Assembly (NCBI GenBank): GCA_046481725.1
Contig: JAWOJH010000183.1
Location: forward strand, 1-35,648
Origin: Methyloceanibacter sp.
GTDB taxonomy: Bacteria > Pseudomonadota > Alphaproteobacteria > Rhizobiales > Methyloligellaceae
Length of the DNA: 35,648 nt
Direction of reading: 5' to 3'
The translations under genes and the position numbers were made by a program. The notes below the pieces were generated by a model. The model searched no databases and had not been told where the DNA came from. It was given only the letters and a program-made list of their open reading frames with translations. Position 1 is the stretch's first letter. Each line of letters opens with the position of its first letter. Shown one piece after another: positions 9,196 to 16,563 of the stretch.

Positions 9196-9720
9196 CTAGC
9201 CGCCGGCAGTGAGACCGTCCCCGCCGTTCTCGCGTCCGCGGGCCATCAAGGCCGCAACGGCCTCCGGCGAGAGAAGCTGATCGGCGTCCTGGAGCGCATC
9301 GGCAAAGGCGTTCGCGGTGTCGATCACCGGGTCCACCAGGTCCGAGCCGGTCAACTCCAAGGCGCAAGCGCGCATCGCCGGGCAGCGATGATGCTGCGAG
9401 GCGGCGATCAGCGAGATCGCCATGCATTCGTCGGCGCAGAATTTGGCGCAGCCCACCGGGCAATATTCGATCTTGCGCGAGGCCGCCGCCCGCACGGCCC
9501 TGACCCAGCAGGCAAGCTCGGTGACGGCGCGCTTCGCCCGCTCCGGCCCGAGCACCCGCGAATAGGCGTTCCAGCCATTCTCCCAACAGGCGATGTCGCC
9601 GGTGTCGTAGCCTGCCAGCCAGCATCGGAAGCCCACCCCGACCAGCCATTCCGCTCCGGAGCGCGGCACCACCTGAACGCGCTGCCCAGACTGCCTATCG
9701 ATTCTCTTATGAAAGCTCAT
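9196..9720 (-). CDS. Cys-rich hypothetical protein (174 aa) inside the iron-uptake operon
   Basis: ATG 9720 with GAGGGG RBS, 10 bp after the futA stop. Typical codon usage. 9 Cys, including CPVGCAKFCADEC. Confidence 0.8.
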   Translation of the reverse strand: MSFHKRIDRQSGQRVQVVPRSGAEWLVGVGFRCWLAGYDTGDIACWENGWNAYSRVLGPERAKRAVTELACWVRAVRAAASRKIEYCPVGCAKFCADECMAISLIAASQHHRCPAMRACALELTGSDLVDPVIDTANAFADALQDADQLLSPEAVAALMARGRENGGDGLTAGG

Positions 9721-9730
9721 CGTTGCCCCC

Positions 9731-10774
9731 TCATGAGCTTGGCCCGTCGTCGAACCCGACCTTGTCGACAAGCTCGCTCGCCTTCTTGCGCAAGCCGGCA
9801 ATCTCGTTCAGCGAGATCGGATCCGGTTTGAAGTCGCCCCAGGACTTGACCAGCGGAGACCAGGGCACGCCGTCCCGCACCGGATATTCGTGGTTCACTT
9901 CGGCATACATCTCCTGGCCTTTGTCGGACGCCAGGAATTCCACCAGCTTGACCGCGTTCGCCTGGTTCGGCGCATGCGTCGCCACGACCACGCCGGAGAT
10001 GTTGATATGGGTGCCGCGGTCGTTCGAGTTGGGGAACAGGATGTTGACCGACTCGGCCCACGCCTTCTGCTCCGGCTCCTTCTCGTCGGTGAGCATGGCG
10101 CCCATGTAATAGGTGTTGCCGAGTGCGAGGTCGCACTCGCCGGCATAGACTCCCTTCACTTGGAGCCGATCGTTGCCGGCGGGCTTCCGCGCCAGATTGG
10201 CCTTCACGCCTTTGAGCCACTCCTCGGTCCATGGCTCGCCGTGATGGGCAATCATCGAGGCGATCAGCGCGACGTTGTAGGAATGCTGGCCCGAGCGCGT
10301 GCAGATCTTGCCGCGCCATTTCGGATCGGCGAGTTCCTCATAGGTGATCTGGTCCTGCTTGACGCGCTCCTTCGAGGCGTAAATCACGCGGGCGCGTCGG
10401 GTGAGCCCGAGCCAGGTTCCGTCTTCGGCGCGATAGGCGGCCGGGATCTCGGCTTCGATCGCGGGCAAAGTGACCGGCTGGGCGATGCCGGCGGCGCTCG
10501 CCTGGGTGAGATTGCCGACATCCACCGTCAGCAGCACGTCGGCCGGGCTGTTGCGCCCCTCGGCCTGGATGCGCTCGATCAGGCCCTTCTCGGTGAAGAT
10601 CACCTTGACCTTGATGCCGGTCTCTTGGGTGAATTCCTTGAGCAGCGGCTCGATCAGATAAGGCTGACGGTAAGAATAGATATTGACCTCGCCCGGCTCC
10701 GTGGCTTGGACGCTGGTAGCTGCGAGGAGGGGAAGAAGCGCAGACGCCGACGCGCGCGCGAACAGAAATCGCAT
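9731..10774 (-). CDS. futA: Fe(III) ABC transporter substrate-binding protein (FutA/FbpA)
   Basis: Signal peptide, VNIYSYRQ, SPADVLLTVD, GLTRRARV and the Tyr pair NTYY. GGAGGA RBS upstream. Confidence 0.95.
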   Translation of the reverse strand: MRFLFARASASALLPLLAATSVQATEPGEVNIYSYRQPYLIEPLLKEFTQETGIKVKVIFTEKGLIERIQAEGRNSPADVLLTVDVGNLTQASAAGIAQPVTLPAIEAEIPAAYRAEDGTWLGLTRRARVIYASKERVKQDQITYEELADPKWRGKICTRSGQHSYNVALIASMIAHHGEPWTEEWLKGVKANLARKPAGNDRLQVKGVYAGECDLALGNTYYMGAMLTDEKEPEQKAWAESVNILFPNSNDRGTHINISGVVVATHAPNQANAVKLVEFLASDKGQEMYAEVNHEYPVRDGVPWSPLVKSWGDFKPDPISLNEIAGLRKKASELVDKVGFDDGPSS

Positions 10775-10861
10775 CGATAATCCTCCAATGTCCGGGGTTC
10801 AAGGCCCCGGTATCGGACCTGAGTTCGGCCCGCCCGCACGCGGGGAAGGCCACTTTCCTTG

Positions 10862-10890
10862 GCTTAAAGTGCGGGGCGCGGCAAAGTCAA
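10862..10890 (-). promoter_or_regulatory. Putative sigma70 promoter of futA
   Basis: Minus strand reads TTGACT-N17-TTAAGC. Strong -35, weak -10. Confidence 0.5.
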
Positions 10891-10914
10891 CAAGATTGTC
10901 GTAATCAAACTAAC

Positions 10915-10931
10915 TTTAGAAGCCTTCTAAG
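10915..10931. promoter_or_regulatory. Iron control element (Irr box)
   Basis: TTTAGAAGCCTTCTAAG versus consensus TTTAGAA-N3-TTCTAAA (one mismatch), upstream of an Fe(III) uptake operon. Confidence 0.85.
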
Positions 10932-11074
10932 TCTTGCACGGAAAGTATTGTGTGGCACAACGATAGAAAAATGACGGCAATCGCGAAGTATTATTCGAAG
11001 ATGTCCTTGAATGTTGCTGGTCGATCGGAAAGCTTTCGCAAGCGCATCGAAGACGATCCCGCAGGCCCGCGGCC

Positions 11075-12337
11075 TCAGGTCGCGCTGCCGGGGAACAGCC
11101 GATCGGCCGGAAAGATCACGTCCGCCGAAGTTCCGACGCCGGGCTCGCTGGCGAGCACGAGCCGCGCCCGGTTGGCGTCGACCAGCGCCTTGGTCACCGG
11201 CAGGCCGAGCCCCGTGCCGTTCTGCTTGCGCGGCGCCGTATCGAGCTGGTTGAACGGCTGCATGGCGTAGGCGATTTCGTCCTTCGTCATGCCGACGCCG
11301 TTGTCGTGCACCCGCAATCGGAGCTCCCCCTCGACCATCGAGCCGGACACGATCACCTGGCCGCCTTCCTTGGTGAACTTGATCGCATTGGTGAGCAGAT
11401 TGAGCAGGATCTGCTTCACCCGGCGCGGATCGGCGACCACCGCCGGCAGGCCGGAGGCCAGCGAAGTCCTGAGCAGAATGCGCGCGCGCTTGGCCAGCGG
11501 CTGAAGGCTGGCGACGCAATCCTCCACCAGTTCGGCGACATCGACCGCGGTAAAATTGAGATCGAACTTGCCGGCTTCGATCTTGGAGATATCGAGCAGG
11601 TCGTTGAGCAGTGACAGCGCGTACAGCCCGCTCTGATGAATGTCCTCGACATAGCCGCGATAGCGCGCATTGCCGATCGGGCCGAGCCGCTCCTGTAGCA
11701 TCAGCTCGGCGAAGCCGATGATCGAATTGAGCGGCGTGCGGACTTCGTGACTGACCTTGGCGAGAAATTCGAGCCGCCTGGCGGTAATGTCGGCATCGAC
11801 CGACGGCGCCTCCCCGGCGGCCGCAGCCTCTGGCGGCGCCGAAGCCGTCGCCGCCTCTTCGTCGAGGCAGGTTTGGTCGATCAGGCGCAACAGCTTTAGA
11901 TCCTTCTCGCCGTCGAGCGCAGTGACGGCGAACGCGACCCGCAAGCGGCGGCGGGAGCGGCTGAATGCCTCGAACGGAACCGTCCGTCCGGCGCCGTTCT
12001 CATATTGGCTGAGATCGGCACCGCCGGAGAGGACGGCGTCGAGGCCGCCGGCCTCCAGCAATTCCGCCGGCGAACGGTAGCCGAAGGCATAGGCGAAGGC
12101 GGCGTTGACATGGACGAGCGCGCCATCGGCCAGCACGCCGATCGCCGCCGGGACCGCTTCCAGCAGCATGACCAGGCCTGCGGACGAGAGCGCCGGCGCC
12201 TCGGCTGCGGGCCCGAGCGACATCACCGAACCGGGGCCCGGCAGCACCCCGCCTTCCAGCGCACGCGCGATATGTTCGAGGGCCTCACGGTCCCCCTCCA
12301 ATTCCGCGACCAGCCTCTGGGGTTTCAACTCGGCCAT
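11075..12337 (-). CDS. PAS-domain sensor histidine kinase, PleC/DivJ/PdhS family
   Basis: H-box FLAKVSHEVRTPLNSIIGFAELM, N-box QILLNLLTNAIKFT, D/G boxes DNGVGM and GTGLGLP. One PAS-like region, no TM segment seen. Confidence 0.9.
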   Translation of the reverse strand: MAELKPQRLVAELEGDREALEHIARALEGGVLPGPGSVMSLGPAAEAPALSSAGLVMLLEAVPAAIGVLADGALVHVNAAFAYAFGYRSPAELLEAGGLDAVLSGGADLSQYENGAGRTVPFEAFSRSRRRLRVAFAVTALDGEKDLKLLRLIDQTCLDEEAATASAPPEAAAAGEAPSVDADITARRLEFLAKVSHEVRTPLNSIIGFAELMLQERLGPIGNARYRGYVEDIHQSGLYALSLLNDLLDISKIEAGKFDLNFTAVDVAELVEDCVASLQPLAKRARILLRTSLASGLPAVVADPRRVKQILLNLLTNAIKFTKEGGQVIVSGSMVEGELRLRVHDNGVGMTKDEIAYAMQPFNQLDTAPRKQNGTGLGLPVTKALVDANRARLVLASEPGVGTSADVIFPADRLFPGSAT

Positions 12338-12546
12338 TACGGCCCCCGTTCAGCGCCGCCAGCGCGGCTGTTAAATTGCCCCGGCGCAAGGTTGGCCAAG
12401 GCGACCGGCCACGCTGGACGCCCCAATCCTGGGGCGCTTTTTCGACTCATCCACTAAATTTAGGCGAATTCGGCGCTTTGCAAAGGCGGAAACCGGAAAC
12501 TTCGCGGTCAGGGCTAAAAAAGTGCTGATGAAATCCGCGCCACCTC

Positions 12547-12586
12547 TTGCCTTATCGCGATGCAACAATTATATTGCAGTGCAGCA
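12547..12586 (+). promoter_or_regulatory. Phasin sigma70 promoter overlapped by PhaR boxes
   Basis: TTGCCT(12547)-N17-TATATT(12570). TGCAGTGCAGCA at 12575-12586 fits the rhizobial PhaR consensus TGCRNYGCASMA exactly; a 10/12 copy lies at 12556-12567. Confidence 0.75.
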
Positions 12587-12664
12587 AAAGATAATGCGGC
12601 GGCCCCGCCGAGGCGTGGCCAAGCCGAATCCCCAAACGCAATGTGTCCAAGCAGAGGTGCCGAA

Positions 12665-13159
12665 ATGAGCGAGACCTATTCACCCCAAGCCGCCGCCGAG
12701 CAGGCGCGCGAGACGTTCCGCAAAGCCGCCAAGGAGTTCGAGGCGTTCAAGCTCGACACTACCGTGCCCGAGAGCGTTCGCGCTCTGGCCGAGAAGACGG
12801 TCAATCAGAGCCGCGAAGCTTATGAGCGCAGCAAGGATGCGCTCGAGGAGACGATCGATTCGCTCGAGCGTTCTTTCGACGCGGCCGGTCAAGGCGCCAC
12901 CGCCTTCAATCGCAAGCTCATCGACCTTGCGCAGCGCAATCTGAATTCCGCCTTCGACCTCGCCAAGAGCTTGGCCGGCGCCAAGAACCTGGCCGAGATC
13001 GTCGAGCTTCAGTCGGCGTTCATCCGGCATCAGTTCGACGTGTTCGCCAATCAAGCGAACGAGGTCCGGGCGCTCAGCACCAAGATCGCGGCCGACACCA
13101 CCGAGCCGCTCAAGAATCAAGTCTCCCGGTCTATGGAGTCCTTCCGGAAGGCTTCGTAA
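12665..13159 (+). CDS. phaP: Phasin (PHA granule-associated protein)
   Basis: Ala-rich helical protein with VPESVRALAEK and LAGAKNLAEIVELQSAFIRHQF. GAGGTG RBS before ATG 12665. Confidence 0.9.
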   Translation: MSETYSPQAAAEQARETFRKAAKEFEAFKLDTTVPESVRALAEKTVNQSREAYERSKDALEETIDSLERSFDAAGQGATAFNRKLIDLAQRNLNSAFDLAKSLAGAKNLAEIVELQSAFIRHQFDVFANQANEVRALSTKIAADTTEPLKNQVSRSMESFRKAS

Positions 13160-13207
13160 CCCTCTTCGCGTTTCGAGTCAGAGGGCAGTAGCGTAGTGCG
13201 CAAAATG

Positions 13208-13235
13208 GGCCCGGGGTTCGCCCCCGGGTCTTTTT
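13208..13235 (+). terminator. Rho-independent terminator of phasin
   Basis: GGCCCGGGG-ttcgc-CCCCGGGTC followed by TTTTT. Confidence 0.85.
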
Positions 13236-13289
13236 CATGCGTGCGGCGATGTTGAAATTGCTGCAAAGAGCCTGGACCGCTCCGCCCGC

Positions 13290-13318
13290 TTGCAACCGCT
13301 GCGCCCTCCGCTTAGGTT
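13290..13318 (+). promoter_or_regulatory. Putative sigma70 promoter of tRNA-His
   Basis: TTGCAA-N17-TAGGTT ending 24 nt before the tRNA. Confidence 0.6.
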
Positions 13319-13342
13319 CGCCCCCGAAGGCATCGCCAATAG

Positions 13343-13419
13343 GCCGCTGTAGCTCAGTTGGTTAGAGCGCTTGACTGTGGATCAAGAGGTCGGTGGTTCG
13401 AATCCCCCCAGCGGTACCA
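13343..13419 (+). tRNA. tRNA-His (GTG)
   Basis: Acceptor GCCGCTG/CAGCGGT, D arm GCTC/GAGC, anticodon arm CTTGA-CTGTGGA-TCAAG, TTCGAAT T-loop, discriminator A, encoded CCA. Confidence 0.97.
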
Positions 13420-13514
13420 GCCTTCCCGAGGGTTGAGGCGTTTGCCGCAAGCCGGCCGCGTCAGGCAGACATAGTCCAGGGCGACGAGCGCGGCTCAACT
13501 GCCAGACAATTCGC

Positions 13515-13817
13515 CTAGCGATAAGTCCAGGCGGGAGCCGGCTTGTCGACGCCCGGTCCGGGAATCGCGATCATGTTGCCATAGCTCGGGACGAAGCTGG
13601 AGCTATCGCCCTTGCCGATATAGGGCAACGCCAGCGAACTGCCTTGGGTAAAGTCCGGGGTACCGAGATAGGGACTGATCGGAGCGGTAAACCCGGCAAC
13701 GCCGGCCGCACCATCCTCAAGACTGGCGTTTTTCCCCTGAATCTCGAAAGCGCCGGCCGGCGCTGCGGCGAAGCTCGCCATGCCGCACAGAGCGACGACC
13801 AGACTGAGATATTTCAT
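13515..13817 (-). CDS. Small secreted hypothetical protein (100 aa)
   Basis: GGGGGAA RBS and signal peptide MKYLSLVVALCGMASFAAAPAGA. Gly/Pro/Ser-rich mature part. Confidence 0.7.
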   Translation of the reverse strand: MKYLSLVVALCGMASFAAAPAGAFEIQGKNASLEDGAAGVAGFTAPISPYLGTPDFTQGSSLALPYIGKGDSSSFVPSYGNMIAIPGPGVDKPAPAWTYR

Positions 13818-13908
13818 GGCAATTCCCCCGAAGCCGCATGTGTCAGTCGAACCAGAAGATACAACGAGAATAGCCGAAGAGGAAGGGCGCAAAATAGGCA
13901 AGAATGAG

Positions 13909-13935
13909 GAAAGGGCCGGCAAAACCGGCCCTTTC
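13909..13935 (-). terminator. Hairpin terminator after the PRC-barrel gene
   Basis: 11-bp perfect stem GAAAGGGCCGG/CCGGCCCTTTC with a 5-nt loop, about 20 bp past the stop. Confidence 0.7.
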
Positions 13936-13954
13936 GGTTTTCTTCTCGATTGGA

Positions 13955-14410
13955 CTAGCTCGGCTGCTTGGCCGAAGTCCAGACGCCTTTCGAGCGGTCA
14001 AAGACGTAGCCCGGAGCGCTTTCCAGCGCTTCCTTGGTCGTGTTCATGACCAGATAGCGGTCGTTGTTCTTCTCGGCGACCTTCAGCGCGCTGAAGGGCA
14101 CGGCCACATCCTTTTGGCCGAGGCCGAGGAAGCCGCCGACCCCGACGATCACCGCGGAAACGCGGCCCTCGGTGTCGAGCAGAATGTCGCTGACGGTACC
14201 GATCTTGTTGTCCTTACTGTCGTAAACGTCCTCGTTGTAATAGGTGCTGATCGTCAGCGCGTTGTTCGGCACCGTGGTCATGATCTGTGTGTTGGCCTGT
14301 GCCGGGGCGGCGGTCTGGCCGGGAACGGTATCCTGTGCGGCCGACGCGGGGCCGATGGCGCCAACGCCGAGCAGCAGAGCGGCGGCAAACGCCGGAACGA
14401 TGGTCTTCAT
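13955..14410 (-). CDS. Secreted PRC-barrel domain protein
   Basis: Signal peptide, VYDSKDNKIGTVSDILLD and VGVGGFLGLGQKDVAVPF. GAGGAG RBS before ATG 14410. Confidence 0.9.
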   Translation of the reverse strand: MKTIVPAFAAALLLGVGAIGPASAAQDTVPGQTAAPAQANTQIMTTVPNNALTISTYYNEDVYDSKDNKIGTVSDILLDTEGRVSAVIVGVGGFLGLGQKDVAVPFSALKVAEKNNDRYLVMNTTKEALESAPGYVFDRSKGVWTSAKQPS

Positions 14411-14451
14411 GGGTAATCTCCTCAAAGAGGTTGGAAGGTTCGTGGCCTAGC

Positions 14452-14477
14452 AACTCGGAAAAGGCCCCGTCTGTTCC
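14452..14477 (-). promoter_or_regulatory. EcfG/sigmaT-type general stress response promoter
   Basis: Minus strand reads GGAAC-N17-AGTT about 40 nt upstream of the PRC-barrel start. Confidence 0.7.
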
Positions 14478-14508
14478 CTAAGCGCGTGCACTGCTAGAAT
14501 TTCCGCCG

Positions 14509-15636
14509 ATGGCCCGCCGCCTCCTCTATGTCGTCACCGAGGACTGGTACTTCCTGTCGCATCGCCTGCCCATGGCGCGCGCGGCGAAGGCAGCCGGCTA
14601 CGCGGTGCACGTCGCCACCAGGTTCAAGGACGGAAAGGCGGCAATCGAGGCTGAGGGCTTCGTGCCGCACGCGCTAGACTGGAGCCGCGGCAGCCTCTCG
14701 GCCCGCGGCAGTATCTCGGCGATCTTCGCGCTCCGCCGTCTGCTCGGCGCGATCGAACCCGACATCCTGCACAACATTTCGTTGAAACCGGTGCTGCTCG
14801 GCGGCGCGGCAAGCCTCGGCCGGTCGGGCATCGCCGTGGTCAACAGCCTCACCGGTCTCGGCAGTCTGTTCATCGGCGAGGCCGAAGTGAGCGGCTTTAC
14901 GCGGCGGCTGGTGCGCACGGCGCTGGCGGGCCTCTTGCGCCGGAAGCGCAGCGTCGCGGTGGTGCAGAATCCCGACGACCGGGAGTTCGTCACCGGTCTC
15001 GGCGTTCCGGCGGAGCAGGTCGAGTTGATCCCCGGTTCGGGCGTCGATACCGAGAAGCTGACGCCATTGCCGGAGCCGCCGGAGCCGCCGGTCACGGCCG
15101 CCTATGCCGGGCGCATGCTCGCCGACAAGGGCTTGCTCACCCTGATCGAAGCTTTTTCGCGCCTCGGCCGCGAAGGCAACGCCTTGCAATTGCTGCTCGC
15201 CGGCGATTGCGACCGGGAAAATCCCGGCTCGCTGGCGCCGGAGCAACTCACCGAATTCGCCAGCCTCTATGGCATTCACTGGCTCGGCCATGTCGCCGAC
15301 ATCAAGTCGGTCTGGGCGCGCGCGCATTTCGCCGTGCTCGCCTCGCGCCGCGAGGGCCTGCCGAAGAGCCTGCTCGAAGCGGCGGCGTGCGGCCGGCCGA
15401 TGGTGGCGACCGACGCTCCCGGATGCCGCGAGATCGCCATCGAAGGCGAGACCGCGCTCACCGTGCCGGTGGACGATCCGGAAGCGCTCGCCAAGGCGAT
15501 GGCGCGGCTCGCCGCCGATCCGGAGATGCGCGCGCGTTTCGGCGCCAATGCGCGGGCGCTGGTCGAGCGCAAATTTTCCGCCGCGGCGATCGGCCGCCAG
15601 ACCGTTGAACTGTACGATTCGCTCCTGGCCCGCTAG
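14509..15636 (+). CDS. GT-B glycosyltransferase family 4 (CapM/WbpU-like)
   Basis: VTEDWYFLSHRL, QNPDD, GSGVD, GRMLADKG and EGLPKSLLEAAACG (EX7E) motifs. Confidence 0.93.
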   Translation: MARRLLYVVTEDWYFLSHRLPMARAAKAAGYAVHVATRFKDGKAAIEAEGFVPHALDWSRGSLSARGSISAIFALRRLLGAIEPDILHNISLKPVLLGGAASLGRSGIAVVNSLTGLGSLFIGEAEVSGFTRRLVRTALAGLLRRKRSVAVVQNPDDREFVTGLGVPAEQVELIPGSGVDTEKLTPLPEPPEPPVTAAYAGRMLADKGLLTLIEAFSRLGREGNALQLLLAGDCDRENPGSLAPEQLTEFASLYGIHWLGHVADIKSVWARAHFAVLASRREGLPKSLLEAAACGRPMVATDAPGCREIAIEGETALTVPVDDPEALAKAMARLAADPEMRARFGANARALVERKFSAAAIGRQTVELYDSLLAR

Positions 15637-16562
15637 CCGGCCGCGCCGTTCTCCGCGCGCATCATCCTGACGATGCCGTCACGTGTCGAGATCACCGGCG
15701 CCCAGCCGATGCCGCGGAGCTTCGCGGTATCGACGATGAATTCGCCGGCGATCCGCTCGAAGTCGGCTTCGCGCCCGACCGTCCGCAGCAGGCGCCGCAC
15801 CGCGCCGGCCGGGACCTTGACGAGGTGAGGGGGGCGGCCGAGCCCTTCGCGCATCGCCGCCACCAGATCCGCCACGCTGATCGGCTCGGCGTCGGCGACC
15901 AGGAAGGTCTGGTTGGCCGCTTCCTCAACCTTCAAGGCGAGCTTGACGGCGGCGATCAGATTGTCGAGCGCCAGCAGCGAGCGCCGGTTGGCGAGCCCGG
16001 CGAAGGGAAGCGGCATCGGCGTGCGCGCGAGCGTGGCGAGCGCCGCGATATTGCCTTTGACCCCCTTGCCATAGACCACCGCGGGCCGGAGCACGGTGAA
16101 AGCTACGCCGCTCGCAGCCAGGAGTCGCTCCGCTTCGAGCTTGGCGCGCCCATAGGGGTCGGTGGGCGCCGGCGCATCCGCTTCGGTCAGCGGCCGGTCG
16201 GATGACAGTCCCGCCTGCGCCCGCACCGACGACATCAACAGGAACCGCTCGACTTTGCCGTTCGCCGCTTGCGCCAATTCGCCCACGGCCTCCGCATTGA
16301 TGCGGGCATAGACCGCGTCGGCGAGGTGGCCGGGCGCATGCGCGATGCCGGCGAGATGCACCACATGGGTGATGCCGTCGAGCAGGCGGCGCCAATCGGC
16401 AGGCTCCGCGAGGTCGGGCATGACCGCAGGCTCGATCGGCCAGGAGATCGCGGAAGGGTCGCGGGCGGCGGCCACCACCTGCCAGCCGTCCCTGGCCAGC
16501 GCCGCGGCCATCCTCCGGCCGATGAAGCCCGAGGCACCGGTGACCAGCACGCGGCCTGTCAT
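15633..16562 (-). CDS. NAD-dependent epimerase/dehydratase (WbpV/WbpK-like 4-reductase)
   Basis: VLVTGASGFIG, HLAGIAH, YGRAK (YxxxK) and VYGKGVKGN. ATG at 16562. Confidence 0.9.
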   Translation of the reverse strand: MTGRVLVTGASGFIGRRMAAALARDGWQVVAAARDPSAISWPIEPAVMPDLAEPADWRRLLDGITHVVHLAGIAHAPGHLADAVYARINAEAVGELAQAANGKVERFLLMSSVRAQAGLSSDRPLTEADAPAPTDPYGRAKLEAERLLAASGVAFTVLRPAVVYGKGVKGNIAALATLARTPMPLPFAGLANRRSLLALDNLIAAVKLALKVEEAANQTFLVADAEPISVADLVAAMREGLGRPPHLVKVPAGAVRRLLRTVGREADFERIAGEFIVDTAKLRGIGWAPVISTRDGIVRMMRAENGAAG

Positions 16563-16563
16563 G

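Noticed and set aside
12338-12546. CtrA box upstream of the cell-cycle kinase
   Set aside because: Only a single TTAA half-site at 12371; no TTAA-N7-TTAA.
12560-12664. Longer phasin starting at ATG 12560
   Set aside because: That ATG lies inside the predicted promoter. ATG 12665 has an RBS and gives a normal phasin.
13420-14500. Genomic island integrated at tRNA-His
   Set aside because: No integrase and no duplicated tRNA 3' end seen; composition is similar to the flanks.
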